Below, one piece after another: positions 29,104-36,996 of a DNA stretch of 64,000 nucleotides. The translations under genes were made by a program, and so were the position numbers. How positions within the stretch are numbered: the stretch's first letter is position 1; each line of letters starts with the position of its first letter. The DNA lies in assembly GCA_013387215.1 (NCBI GenBank), contig WARW01000019.1:22717-86716 (forward strand), written 5' to 3'. This stretch comes from Patescibacteria group bacterium (GTDB taxonomy: Bacteria; Patescibacteriota; Microgenomatia; UBA12405). A model generated the notes under the pieces. That model was not told the DNA's origin. It was given only the letters and a program-made list of their open reading frames with translations, and did not search any database.

Positions 29104-29291
29104 TATCTTATAACTTGAAATAAACATTAGTGTTGTATATAATCCCGCTGAAACTTTTAAACCAAAAATATTCGCATTTTTAGGTTTTTTTGCACTTTTA
29201 CACACAAGCTCGTTTGGCTCAGCTTGAATATTAAATTAATGTTCAGACTGAGCCCAATGTAGCTCAAAATAATAATAAAGAAGGTGTTTTT
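29104..29291 (+). promoter_or_regulatory. Cassette leader with extra long hairpin
   Basis: TTGAAA 29115-29120, 17 bp, TATAAT 29138-29143; loop ATTCGC; GCACTTTTACAC 29192-29203; hairpin ~29207-29264; arm 29271-29282; AAGGTG. Confidence 0.65.
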
Positions 29292-29801
29292 ATGCAAAGC
29301 GCTCCATCAATCAAAGGAAGTAGCGATATTATTCAAACAACGACAATACTCTACAAAACTAAAGATGATTTTATAAATCGCAGTCACTCCACTCGTCCAG
29401 AAATCGAAAGACGTATATTGCCATTGTCTGACCTTGGCCTCTTACTGTCCAAGAAAAAATCTCTAATATACATTAAAGCAGTTGCCGAAGACACTCGTAT
29501 TTTTGTCTCCAGCTTATACATCTCTCCCAAAGGTTCTGTACTCCTGCCTGAAGGACTAATAACCAGCTCGGGTAGATTTGTTCTAACTTATGACAGCCAA
29601 GGCGGTAAATTTACTAATCATGATAAAAAAGGCATCTGGATAGGTAGTTGTTCGGAAAATCCGATTAAACTTACCCTTCATTCCGAATACCCTTTTGTCC
29701 CTTATGCCACTTACGACAACCATTTGCTGGCAATCCTCCTGACTGAAAAAATGAAAAAGATCATTGGTGAATATGAAGTTGCCAATCTCATCTTTGATTA
29801 A
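29292..29801 (+). CDS. Hypothetical cassette protein
   Basis: 169-aa ORF with SD; 3' arm TTCTTTATTATT 29802-29813. Confidence 0.7.
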   Translation: MQSAPSIKGSSDIIQTTTILYKTKDDFINRSHSTRPEIERRILPLSDLGLLLSKKKSLIYIKAVAEDTRIFVSSLYISPKGSVLLPEGLITSSGRFVLTYDSQGGKFTNHDKKGIWIGSCSENPIKLTLHSEYPFVPYATYDNHLLAILLTEKMKKIIGEYEVANLIFD

Positions 29802-29887
29802 TTCTTTATTATTTTTAATTACCAAGCCCGAGGCTTTTTGATAATATTTTTTTATCAATTCCTCGGGTTTTATTTTGACTATATTTA

Positions 29888-30082
29888 TATCCTATAACTT
29901 GATTATTTTATATATATTTGGTATAATTCCCTGTTTTTTAAACATCCCAAAAAATAATTGCATTTTTGGGTTTATGTACCTTAAAAATCAATAAGCTAAA
30001 TCGAGCAAGTGCTCTATTTGGACATAAATTTTATGCCTAAATCGAGCATTTGCTCAAAATTTTAGTTAGGAGAGTGTATTTT
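29888..30082 (+). promoter_or_regulatory. Cassette leader with extra long hairpin
   Basis: TTGATT 29899-29904, 17 bp, TATAAT 29922-29927; loop AATTGC; GTACCTTAAAAA 29976-29987; arm 29987-30000; hairpin ~30003-30055; AGGAG. Confidence 0.65.
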
Positions 30083-31060
30083 ATGAACGATTACTTATTT
30101 GTATCTGACATTCACGGTGAGGATCTTAATTTAGCTGAAAAACTTTTCAAGATTGCCGAGGGCAGCGAACTACCCAAAATAGTCTTTTTCCTTGGTGATG
30201 TGGTTGGAACTAAGCTTCTAGATCAGCTGCAAAAGCTTTTCTATAACCGCGTTTACAATCATATGAAAGCTTTATTGAAAAATAATCCCAATCCAAGCGA
30301 CCGGGAAATTATCGATTATCCTATTGGCGATGGAAAAACAATTGCTGATGGCTGCAAAGAACTCAGCGATTTTCTCCAAAATATCGACCCTGAATACAGG
30401 CCTGTCGGTATAGCTACATATGCCAGGGAATTGGTCTCTTATGTTCATTATGGACATTTTTGCTCCAATTTGACAAAAACGATCAAGGAATTCATTAAAA
30501 AAGATATGAAAGAAAATGCCCAAGTTTGGCTGGAAGTCATGAACGCATTCATTGAAAAAGGCGTACTTGTTGTTGTTATTGAAGGAAACTGGGATGCTCG
30601 CACCCCGCTTGACTTTATGCCCAGCAAAAAAGAATGCCTGCCCCTCCCAATTAAAAACAGATCTTTTTATTTTAAAGAACTATTAAGGTCCTACAATAAT
30701 CAGATCTTATACTTTGATGCAGTTGGTACTATTGAAACCGAAAACGAAATCTTCGTTCTCTGGCCATTTGATAGTGCAATTAACGCTACCCAAATTCCTG
30801 AATTTGATGACAATGAAACCAGAAAAATAGTTTTGGTCTCACACGCTCAAATCGATTGGGAAGCAATCAAAGGTAAAACAGCCATGACTGCCGAAGGTGA
30901 AACTATCCAATTTAATATGGGCATGACGTTCATTGATTTAAAGGCTGATACTGCCGTCCATGGACATTTGCATGACGATATTAACATTGATAATTACTCT
31001 TATCATGAAAAGAATATTCATTATTTGCCCCTTCGCACCTACCGTTTTATTAATTTTTAG
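30083..31060 (+). CDS. Calcineurin-like metallophosphoesterase with helical insertion
   Basis: SDIHG, LGDVVG, EGNWD, SH and HGHLH motifs; ATG 30083 follows AGGAG. Confidence 0.82.
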   Translation: MNDYLFVSDIHGEDLNLAEKLFKIAEGSELPKIVFFLGDVVGTKLLDQLQKLFYNRVYNHMKALLKNNPNPSDREIIDYPIGDGKTIADGCKELSDFLQNIDPEYRPVGIATYARELVSYVHYGHFCSNLTKTIKEFIKKDMKENAQVWLEVMNAFIEKGVLVVVIEGNWDARTPLDFMPSKKECLPLPIKNRSFYFKELLRSYNNQILYFDAVGTIETENEIFVLWPFDSAINATQIPEFDDNETRKIVLVSHAQIDWEAIKGKTAMTAEGETIQFNMGMTFIDLKADTAVHGHLHDDINIDNYSYHEKNIHYLPLRTYRFINF

Positions 31061-31137
31061 CTTATCTGATCCGATAGCCCTGATGTTTCACAAGATTTAT
31101 CTTGTATCAACCTCAGGGCTTTTTTTTCTTAAAATTC

Positions 31138-31263
31138 TATCCTATAACTTGATTTTAATATCTATACTTAGTATAATCCCCTGTTTTCCAAAAACTTAAA
31201 ACATCAGCGTTTTTTGTTTTGCACATTTAAAATCCTTAAACTAACTAGAAAGGAGGCGTTAAT
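31138..31263 (+). promoter_or_regulatory. Cassette leader
   Basis: TTGATT 31149-31154, 17 bp, TATAAT 31172-31177; loop ATCAGC; GCACATTTAAAA 31221-31232; AAGGAGG 31250-31256. Confidence 0.65.
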
Positions 31264-31713
31264 ATGCTCGACCTTGACCACCCAACCTTTATCGATGACA
31301 CCGCCGGCACTTTAAAAAGATATCTTAAAAAAAGACAGATTGCTTATACTACTGAACCAGGATCAGCTCAAAATGTCCGGCTTAATCCAGACGATGTCAC
31401 CACCGTTATTTCCTATTACAGAAATTTTCGCCGCAAAATGAAAAACCAGTGGAAAAAAAGTTTAAAACATCTTCATTGTAAAAATGAATTGATTAAGCCA
31501 GTCCAGATTAAACTTATTCGGGTTGATCGTCCAGACGAAGACTATGAAATCACAAAAGCAGCTGAGAAATTAAATATATTCCATGTTGATTTCGCCATGA
31601 CTCAAAATAATATTGAAACTTTCTTTTGGATTTCAGAAAACAAACTTGCTCAACATAATCGCCACATATATCGCACAAGCGACCATACCCTTAAAATAAT
31701 CCGTATTTGTTAG
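31264..31713 (+). CDS. Hypothetical basic cassette protein
   Basis: 149-aa ORF with perfect SD. Confidence 0.7.
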   Translation: MLDLDHPTFIDDTAGTLKRYLKKRQIAYTTEPGSAQNVRLNPDDVTTVISYYRNFRRKMKNQWKKSLKHLHCKNELIKPVQIKLIRVDRPDEDYEITKAAEKLNIFHVDFAMTQNNIETFFWISENKLAQHNRHIYRTSDHTLKIIRIC

Positions 31714-31810
31714 TTCTTTGGACTCGACTCCGATATTTTGATTTATATCAAAACCAATCGGGGTCTTTTTTTTGCCAAAATTATCTGGTTTATACATTCT
31801 GAAAATGCGC

Positions 31811-31884
31811 TATAATCAGCCAAATTAAAATAAAAGCATTTTAGTTTTTGCACTTTAACCAAAAAATAAGAAAGGGTGAATTAT
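31811..31884 (+). promoter_or_regulatory. Cassette leader
   Basis: TATAAT 31811-31816; loop AAAAGC; GCACTTTAACCA 31850-31861; GAAAGGGTG. Confidence 0.6.
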
Positions 31885-32424
31885 ATGAATGATCTACTCA
31901 TCATTTGCTCGACCGATGATAAAAAAATAGAGGATCTTCTTAAAACCAAATTGAGTATTGAAGATTTGGTGACAATTTTTAATTATGCCAAAAGCAGCTT
32001 CCGATCAACTGTCCTTGATAAGCTAAGAAGTTCTACTGGCACACTTGAAACTTGGATAAATGTCTACAAGAACAACCGGTCAAACCTCCTCTTGCCTGTC
32101 GCCTCGGAAAAAATTAAACCTTTTTTGTCAGACATTACTGATTTTAACGAACTAGTTAAAGTCTATAATAAATGCGACAAAATCGTCCCCATTCAAACGG
32201 TTATTTTTGAAGCCATTGAAAACTATCCATACACACTCGAAAAACTGCTGGAAATAAACCGCGGCCCCAAGATCCCTCAAAAAATTAGCACTTATATTCT
32301 GAACCAAATCCGGTCCCGGATCAATTTAATAAACGACAAAAATGAAATTGCCAGCTTCCAAAACCCTCAAAACAGCCAAACTCTAAAAGAATTTATTCAA
32401 ACAAGACTCTCAAAACTTTCTTAA
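31885..32424 (+). CDS. Hypothetical helical-repeat cassette protein
   Basis: ORF 31876..32424; ATG 31885 correctly spaced from the SD. Confidence 0.7.
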   Translation: MNDLLIICSTDDKKIEDLLKTKLSIEDLVTIFNYAKSSFRSTVLDKLRSSTGTLETWINVYKNNRSNLLLPVASEKIKPFLSDITDFNELVKVYNKCDKIVPIQTVIFEAIENYPYTLEKLLEINRGPKIPQKISTYILNQIRSRINLINDKNEIASFQNPQNSQTLKEFIQTRLSKLS

Positions 32425-32535
32425 AAAATTATGGTTTCTTGACCTCAGTTAGTTTATTTGCAAAATGCAAATTAACGCTAATCTGAGGTCTTTTTTTTGA
32501 TTTAAAGCTAAACAGTTATACACATCATTTACGCA

Positions 32536-32654
32536 TTGACTTTTCGGAAATACTCCATTAGAATTCTTAGTTTGGAACAGACAACCGCGTCTCGAATCCA
32601 ATTGTTCTTTAAAAACGTAAAACACATCTGTAATTGATCAAAGGAGGTCAAACC
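32536..32654 (+). promoter_or_regulatory. Cassette leader
   Basis: TTGACT 32536-32541, 17 bp, TAGAAT 32559-32564; loop AACCGC; GTTCTTTAAAAA 32604-32615; arm 32618-32640; AAGGAGGT 32641-32648. Confidence 0.7.
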
Positions 32655-33032
32655 ATGCCCCATTACACCGACAACACCCAACCTAACCTAAAAGAAAACA
32701 GCAAAACATTGATTATTCAAGGGAAAGTAACTTATTTAGACCCAAAGTTTGCCCCCAAACCGCCCACTCATCAATCTAAAGCCTTCTCACCCCTTTATAT
32801 CACCACTAAAAGCCAGCTTGAGTATCCCAAATTAATAAAAATTATTGAAAATAAAACCAATAATTCTCTTGATTTTAGTTCAATTTCCATGCGCCTCAGT
32901 CTAATGAAGGTTCCCCATGCGAAAGTCAGAAACAATTTCTACTCAGCCTATATCGACAAGCCTAATCTGGCAGACATCAAAGAAACGGTTCATCGTCAAA
33001 GCAGTGGCCATTGGTCAGTTATAGAAATATAG
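32655..33032 (+). CDS. Hypothetical basic cassette protein
   Basis: ORF 32634..33032; ATG 32655 follows AAGGAGGT. Confidence 0.7.
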   Translation: MPHYTDNTQPNLKENSKTLIIQGKVTYLDPKFAPKPPTHQSKAFSPLYITTKSQLEYPKLIKIIENKTNNSLDFSSISMRLSLMKVPHAKVRNNFYSAYIDKPNLADIKETVHRQSSGHWSVIEI

Positions 33033-33149
33033 TGTTTTATTTTCCAAAACAGACTCCAAATGTGTTTTTAATATAAAGCCATTTTTGGAGTCTTTTTTTT
33101 ACCCAAATTTTGAATATTGTTCTTATTAAATATGAATGTTATAATCCTC

Positions 33150-33265
33150 TATTCACCGAAGACAGTAGGTTTTCTGAGCAATCAGAATCGAAGCATCCTA
33201 CCGAGGCAATCAACAAAGTTATTTGTATTTGATTATCTCCTCGCACTCGGCGAGGATTTTTTTTA
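33150..33265 (+). ncRNA. Ribosomal protein L10 leader
   Basis: CCGAAGACAGTAGG...CCTACCGAGG plus CCTCGC/GCGAGG hairpin and T-run upstream of rplJ. Confidence 0.85.
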
Positions 33266-33277
33266 TTAAAAAACATT

Positions 33278-33799
33278 ATGCCAACACAGAAAAAAATTGA
33301 TCAAGTCGCAGATGTGGCAAAAAAGTTCACTGAAGCTAAATCAGCTGCTTTGGTTCAATACCAAGGTCTAAATGCTGCTGATATCGCTGCTTTGCGCGCC
33401 AGCATCAAAGAAAAAGGCGGTTCTATGGAAGTTGTTAAAAACTCCCTTATTACACGTGCTTTAGAACAATTAGGATTAAAACTTCCTGAAACCTTAACCG
33501 GTCCCACTTCTATTGCTTTCTGCAATGAAGACGAAGTCGCTCCTTTAAAAGAAATCGACAAAGTCAACAAAGCTAAAGACATTACCAGTTTCAAATATGG
33601 AATCTACGATAAAAAGTTACTTTCCTTAAATGAACTCAAGAGTTTCCTAAACTTACCAAGCAAAACCACTCTTATTGCTCAATTCATTGGTGGATTGGTC
33701 AATCCTTTACAAAGAATGGCTTACGCTTTCCGTTTCAACCAAACTCAATTGGTTTTAACTCTCAAAGCTGTTGCTGAAAAACAAGAAAAAACAAATTAA
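33278..33799 (+). CDS. rplJ: 50S ribosomal protein L10
   Basis: YQGL, VVKNSL and LTGPT motifs; precedes rplL. Confidence 0.95.
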   Translation: MPTQKKIDQVADVAKKFTEAKSAALVQYQGLNAADIAALRASIKEKGGSMEVVKNSLITRALEQLGLKLPETLTGPTSIAFCNEDEVAPLKEIDKVNKAKDITSFKYGIYDKKLLSLNELKSFLNLPSKTTLIAQFIGGLVNPLQRMAYAFRFNQTQLVLTLKAVAEKQEKTN

Positions 33800-33824
33800 T
33801 AATTTATAAATTAAAAATAATAAT

Positions 33825-34226
33825 ATGGAAGAAGTCCAAATTAGTGCAAAATTACAGAAAATAATTGATTCTGTAGCCGAATTATCAGTTCTCGAACTCT
33901 CTGAGCTCGTCAAAGCTTTCGAAGTAAAATTCGATGTTAAAGCTGTTGCCGCTGCTCCTGCTACTGGCGCTCCTGCTGCCGCTGCTGGTGAAGCTGCTCC
34001 TGCTGCTGAAGAAAAATCTGATTTCGATGTCGTTATTACTTCTGCTGGTGCAAATAAAATTGCTGTCATCAAAGTAATCCGAGAATTCAAACCAGAATTA
34101 GGTCTTAAAGAAGCTAAGGATATGGTTGATGCCACCCCAGCTAATTTAGGTAACATGAAGAAAGAAGCTGCTAATGATGCAAAAGCAAAATTAGAAGCTG
34201 CTGGTGCTCAAGTCGAATTAAAATAA
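33825..34226 (+). CDS. rplL: 50S ribosomal protein L7/L12
   Basis: Ala-rich hinge, KIAVIKVIR, LGLKEAK, LEAAGAQVELK. Confidence 0.98.
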   Translation: MEEVQISAKLQKIIDSVAELSVLELSELVKAFEVKFDVKAVAAAPATGAPAAAAGEAAPAAEEKSDFDVVITSAGANKIAVIKVIREFKPELGLKEAKDMVDATPANLGNMKKEAANDAKAKLEAAGAQVELK

Positions 34227-34250
34227 GTTTGTTATTTTAATTAAGCTTTT

Positions 34251-34276
34251 AAAACCCCTCCTTTTGGAGGGGTTTT
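34251..34276 (+). terminator. Intrinsic terminator
   Basis: AAAACCCCTCC/GGAGGGGTTTT. Confidence 0.85.
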
Positions 34277-34377
34277 GTTTATCTGTAGTTTTTTTATCGC
34301 AAAATTTCCGGGCTTACTTGTAACCAATATTACATTAATGGTATAATTCCGTTTAAATAAGTGATTAAACAATAATC

Positions 34378-34851
34378 ATGAATTTAAAAGAAGGCTTATT
34401 TCACAAGGATTCTTTTAAACACACTCGATCCAGTTTAAGAGTGGCATTAGTCGACTATTCTGGATACGACAAGCGTGAACCCTCCCCTTTTCTTACCAAA
34501 AGTCGAACCAGAGAATTTTGTGCCCGCGTTAACAAGGGCGAACACTTTGCTTTTATTTTTTACAAACCTCTTCAAGATCCAGAGCATATCAACTCAGAAG
34601 ATACTTGTACTGCTGTCGTAAATCTACCCGGCCACACTTATATCCCCCTTCAATTGTTTGAGCAGGCAGCCAAAATCAAACCTAAACCAACTAGGGAAGA
34701 ATATGAAAATTGGTGGAAACGAAAATATGGGCACCAATTTGTCGGAATTTTTATACCTGAAACTTGCAGCCAAGAAGATCTCTCAATTACCATTCAAAAA
34801 TGCCATGACACTTTAAACAAAATCCCGAGACAACTTTTATTTAAATTATAA
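34378..34851 (+). CDS. Hypothetical protein
   Basis: 157-aa ORF with upstream TGGTATAAT; no SD. Confidence 0.6.
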   Translation: MNLKEGLFHKDSFKHTRSSLRVALVDYSGYDKREPSPFLTKSRTREFCARVNKGEHFAFIFYKPLQDPEHINSEDTCTAVVNLPGHTYIPLQLFEQAAKIKPKPTREEYENWWKRKYGHQFVGIFIPETCSQEDLSITIQKCHDTLNKIPRQLLFKL

Positions 34852-35904
34852 AAGTTCGTTTCTGTTTTTTTCTTTCAAAGCATCCACCACCTGTCCCACT
34901 TTTCCGGTTTGGTCTCTTTTGACCACCAAAAGTGCATCTCCAGTATCGATTATTACGACATTTTCAATTCCAATAGTCGCAATAAATTTATTACCTTTCT
35001 TGAAAACATAATTATTATTTCCTTCGATTTCAAAAGTATTTTCATCCACAGAATACCCGCCTTTGGTCTGCATATAATTGGCCACTGATTCCCAAGTTCC
35101 AAAATCAACCCAATTAAAGGGCAATTCAACGACCAAAGCCTCGTTATTTTTATAAACCAGTTTGGTTACATCCTCAATTCCCGCCTTTGGCATTTTGGCA
35201 TATTCAGTTGCCACATCACCGCCATTGGCAATTTGAACTAGTGGTGCATACCAATCCATTTTATATTTTTGATACATCTTCATTAAACTGTTTGGAGTCA
35301 TGGTTGTGTGATTGGCGTGCAAAAGCAATTTATCTGTTCCCAAATATTGTTTAATTTTATCTTCTTCGGTTCGATCAATATAATCAGCCACTTCAAAAAT
35401 CTTTACTCCGTTTTCTTCGGAAACCAAATTTCCTTTGACTAAATAATCAACACCTCTAACTATTGATTGTGGAATAAATCCGCCGGTAATATATTTATCA
35501 CCGGTTTTGGCAAGCTTATCAGCTTCAGCAATCATGTCTAAAAATTTATCATCCGGTTCTCTTAATACATCAGCTTGTACTAAAATAAAAGGTTCATCTC
35601 CAAATCCTTTTTTGATTAATTGGGCGGCTGCAAAACCCGTTGCTGGACCCTGATTTCTCATTTCCGGTTCAATAAAAATATTTTCGTCTTTAATTTCAGG
35701 TATCTGCTCTTTAGCAATTTTGGCCTGTATCTCATTTGTCTGTAAAAAGATTTCTTCAGCAGCAAATTTCTTTCTTAATGTTTCGTAATTCAACTGAAAA
35801 AGCGACTTCCCGTTTATAAGTGGCAAAAAATGTTTTGGTGTTGTGCTTCGGCTCATTGGCCACATTTTTGAACCGATTCCTCCACAGATTATTACAGGTT
35901 TCAT
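34846..35904 (-). CDS. Mannose-1-phosphate guanylyltransferase family protein
   Basis: PVIICGGIGSKMWPMSR..PKHFL, IEP..RN and WVDFGTW motifs. Confidence 0.88.
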   Translation of the reverse strand: MKPVIICGGIGSKMWPMSRSTTPKHFLPLINGKSLFQLNYETLRKKFAAEEIFLQTNEIQAKIAKEQIPEIKDENIFIEPEMRNQGPATGFAAAQLIKKGFGDEPFILVQADVLREPDDKFLDMIAEADKLAKTGDKYITGGFIPQSIVRGVDYLVKGNLVSEENGVKIFEVADYIDRTEEDKIKQYLGTDKLLLHANHTTMTPNSLMKMYQKYKMDWYAPLVQIANGGDVATEYAKMPKAGIEDVTKLVYKNNEALVVELPFNWVDFGTWESVANYMQTKGGYSVDENTFEIEGNNNYVFKKGNKFIATIGIENVVIIDTGDALLVVKRDQTGKVGQVVDALKEKNRNELL

Positions 35905-35979
35905 AACCCATTATAACAGACCAACTCCTAACTAATTATTGTATTATTTATTACAAATATATAAAATGTTTTTATATAT

Positions 35980-36996
35980 ATGAATAAAATCATAATATTA
36001 TGTGTTTCAATTATTTTACTTAGTTCCCTTATTATTTACGGTTCTTATAATCTAAACAAACCCACTCCTGCAACTCAAGAATCAAAACCAGCCGGTATTT
36101 ATCAAAAACAAGCCATAGAATCGCTTGCCTGTTTTCACAATCAAGAAGCCTTACCTGAACAAATCTGGTTATTATCTAAAGTATATTCACAAACCAAAGA
36201 CAATAAATATCTTGATGTAATAAAAGCTAAAATAGATCAATTACCTGCTTCCTCCGATTCTATTTCTCCATTAAGGTGTAAGATGTTTTCCGAAGTTGTT
36301 CAAGTAAGTGTTTTAGATCAAAATTATTCGCAAAAAATAAAAAATAATTGCCTTAACTCCTCCGATACTAGTTCTTCTTATGACTTAATCCAAAAATTAG
36401 AAAAAAATTACAAACCAAATGAATTGAACTCCCTCGTTCAAAAAAGTTCAAGCTTCTCTCAAACCAGTAACGATGATCCAGATAAATCTATGAACATTAA
36501 AATTCTTTCCTTATTATCTTCCGAAAATATTGGAATTTATAAATTTACAAATAACTCAGCCGCTCTTAAATCTAGTCAAATACTATTTCAACATGCTTAT
36601 TCTGTTTTTATTAAAAAACGAAACTGGGAATATGTTGACGCTTGCACTCTAGGTTCTGCCGCTCTAGACAATTACTTCAATACTAATAATAAAACCTACC
36701 TTAATGCCGCTGATTTTATTTTTAACAAAGCCAAAACTATTACTGAAATTAATAATATTAATTTATTTTCTAAAGGTTCATGTACTAACTTCTTCACTCG
36801 ATATTTTGATTTAACCTCCAATCTAGAAGCAAGCAAAGTGAATAAATTTTTAATAAAAGATTCGTTAGATTTTAATTACGATGACCTTGGAACCGCAAAC
36901 TATCATTCTGCTTCCAAATGTTTTATTAATTTTGATAATACTACTCCTTTCTTTGAAAACAGTTTAATCATTAGTTCCTTACTAGACATAAAATGA
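35980..36996 (+). CDS. Membrane-anchored/secreted hypothetical protein
   Basis: N-terminal hydrophobic helix; overlaps the start of the next gene. Confidence 0.7.
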   Translation: MNKIIILCVSIILLSSLIIYGSYNLNKPTPATQESKPAGIYQKQAIESLACFHNQEALPEQIWLLSKVYSQTKDNKYLDVIKAKIDQLPASSDSISPLRCKMFSEVVQVSVLDQNYSQKIKNNCLNSSDTSSSYDLIQKLEKNYKPNELNSLVQKSSSFSQTSNDDPDKSMNIKILSLLSSENIGIYKFTNNSAALKSSQILFQHAYSVFIKKRNWEYVDACTLGSAALDNYFNTNNKTYLNAADFIFNKAKTITEINNINLFSKGSCTNFFTRYFDLTSNLEASKVNKFLIKDSLDFNYDDLGTANYHSASKCFINFDNTTPFFENSLIISSLLDIK

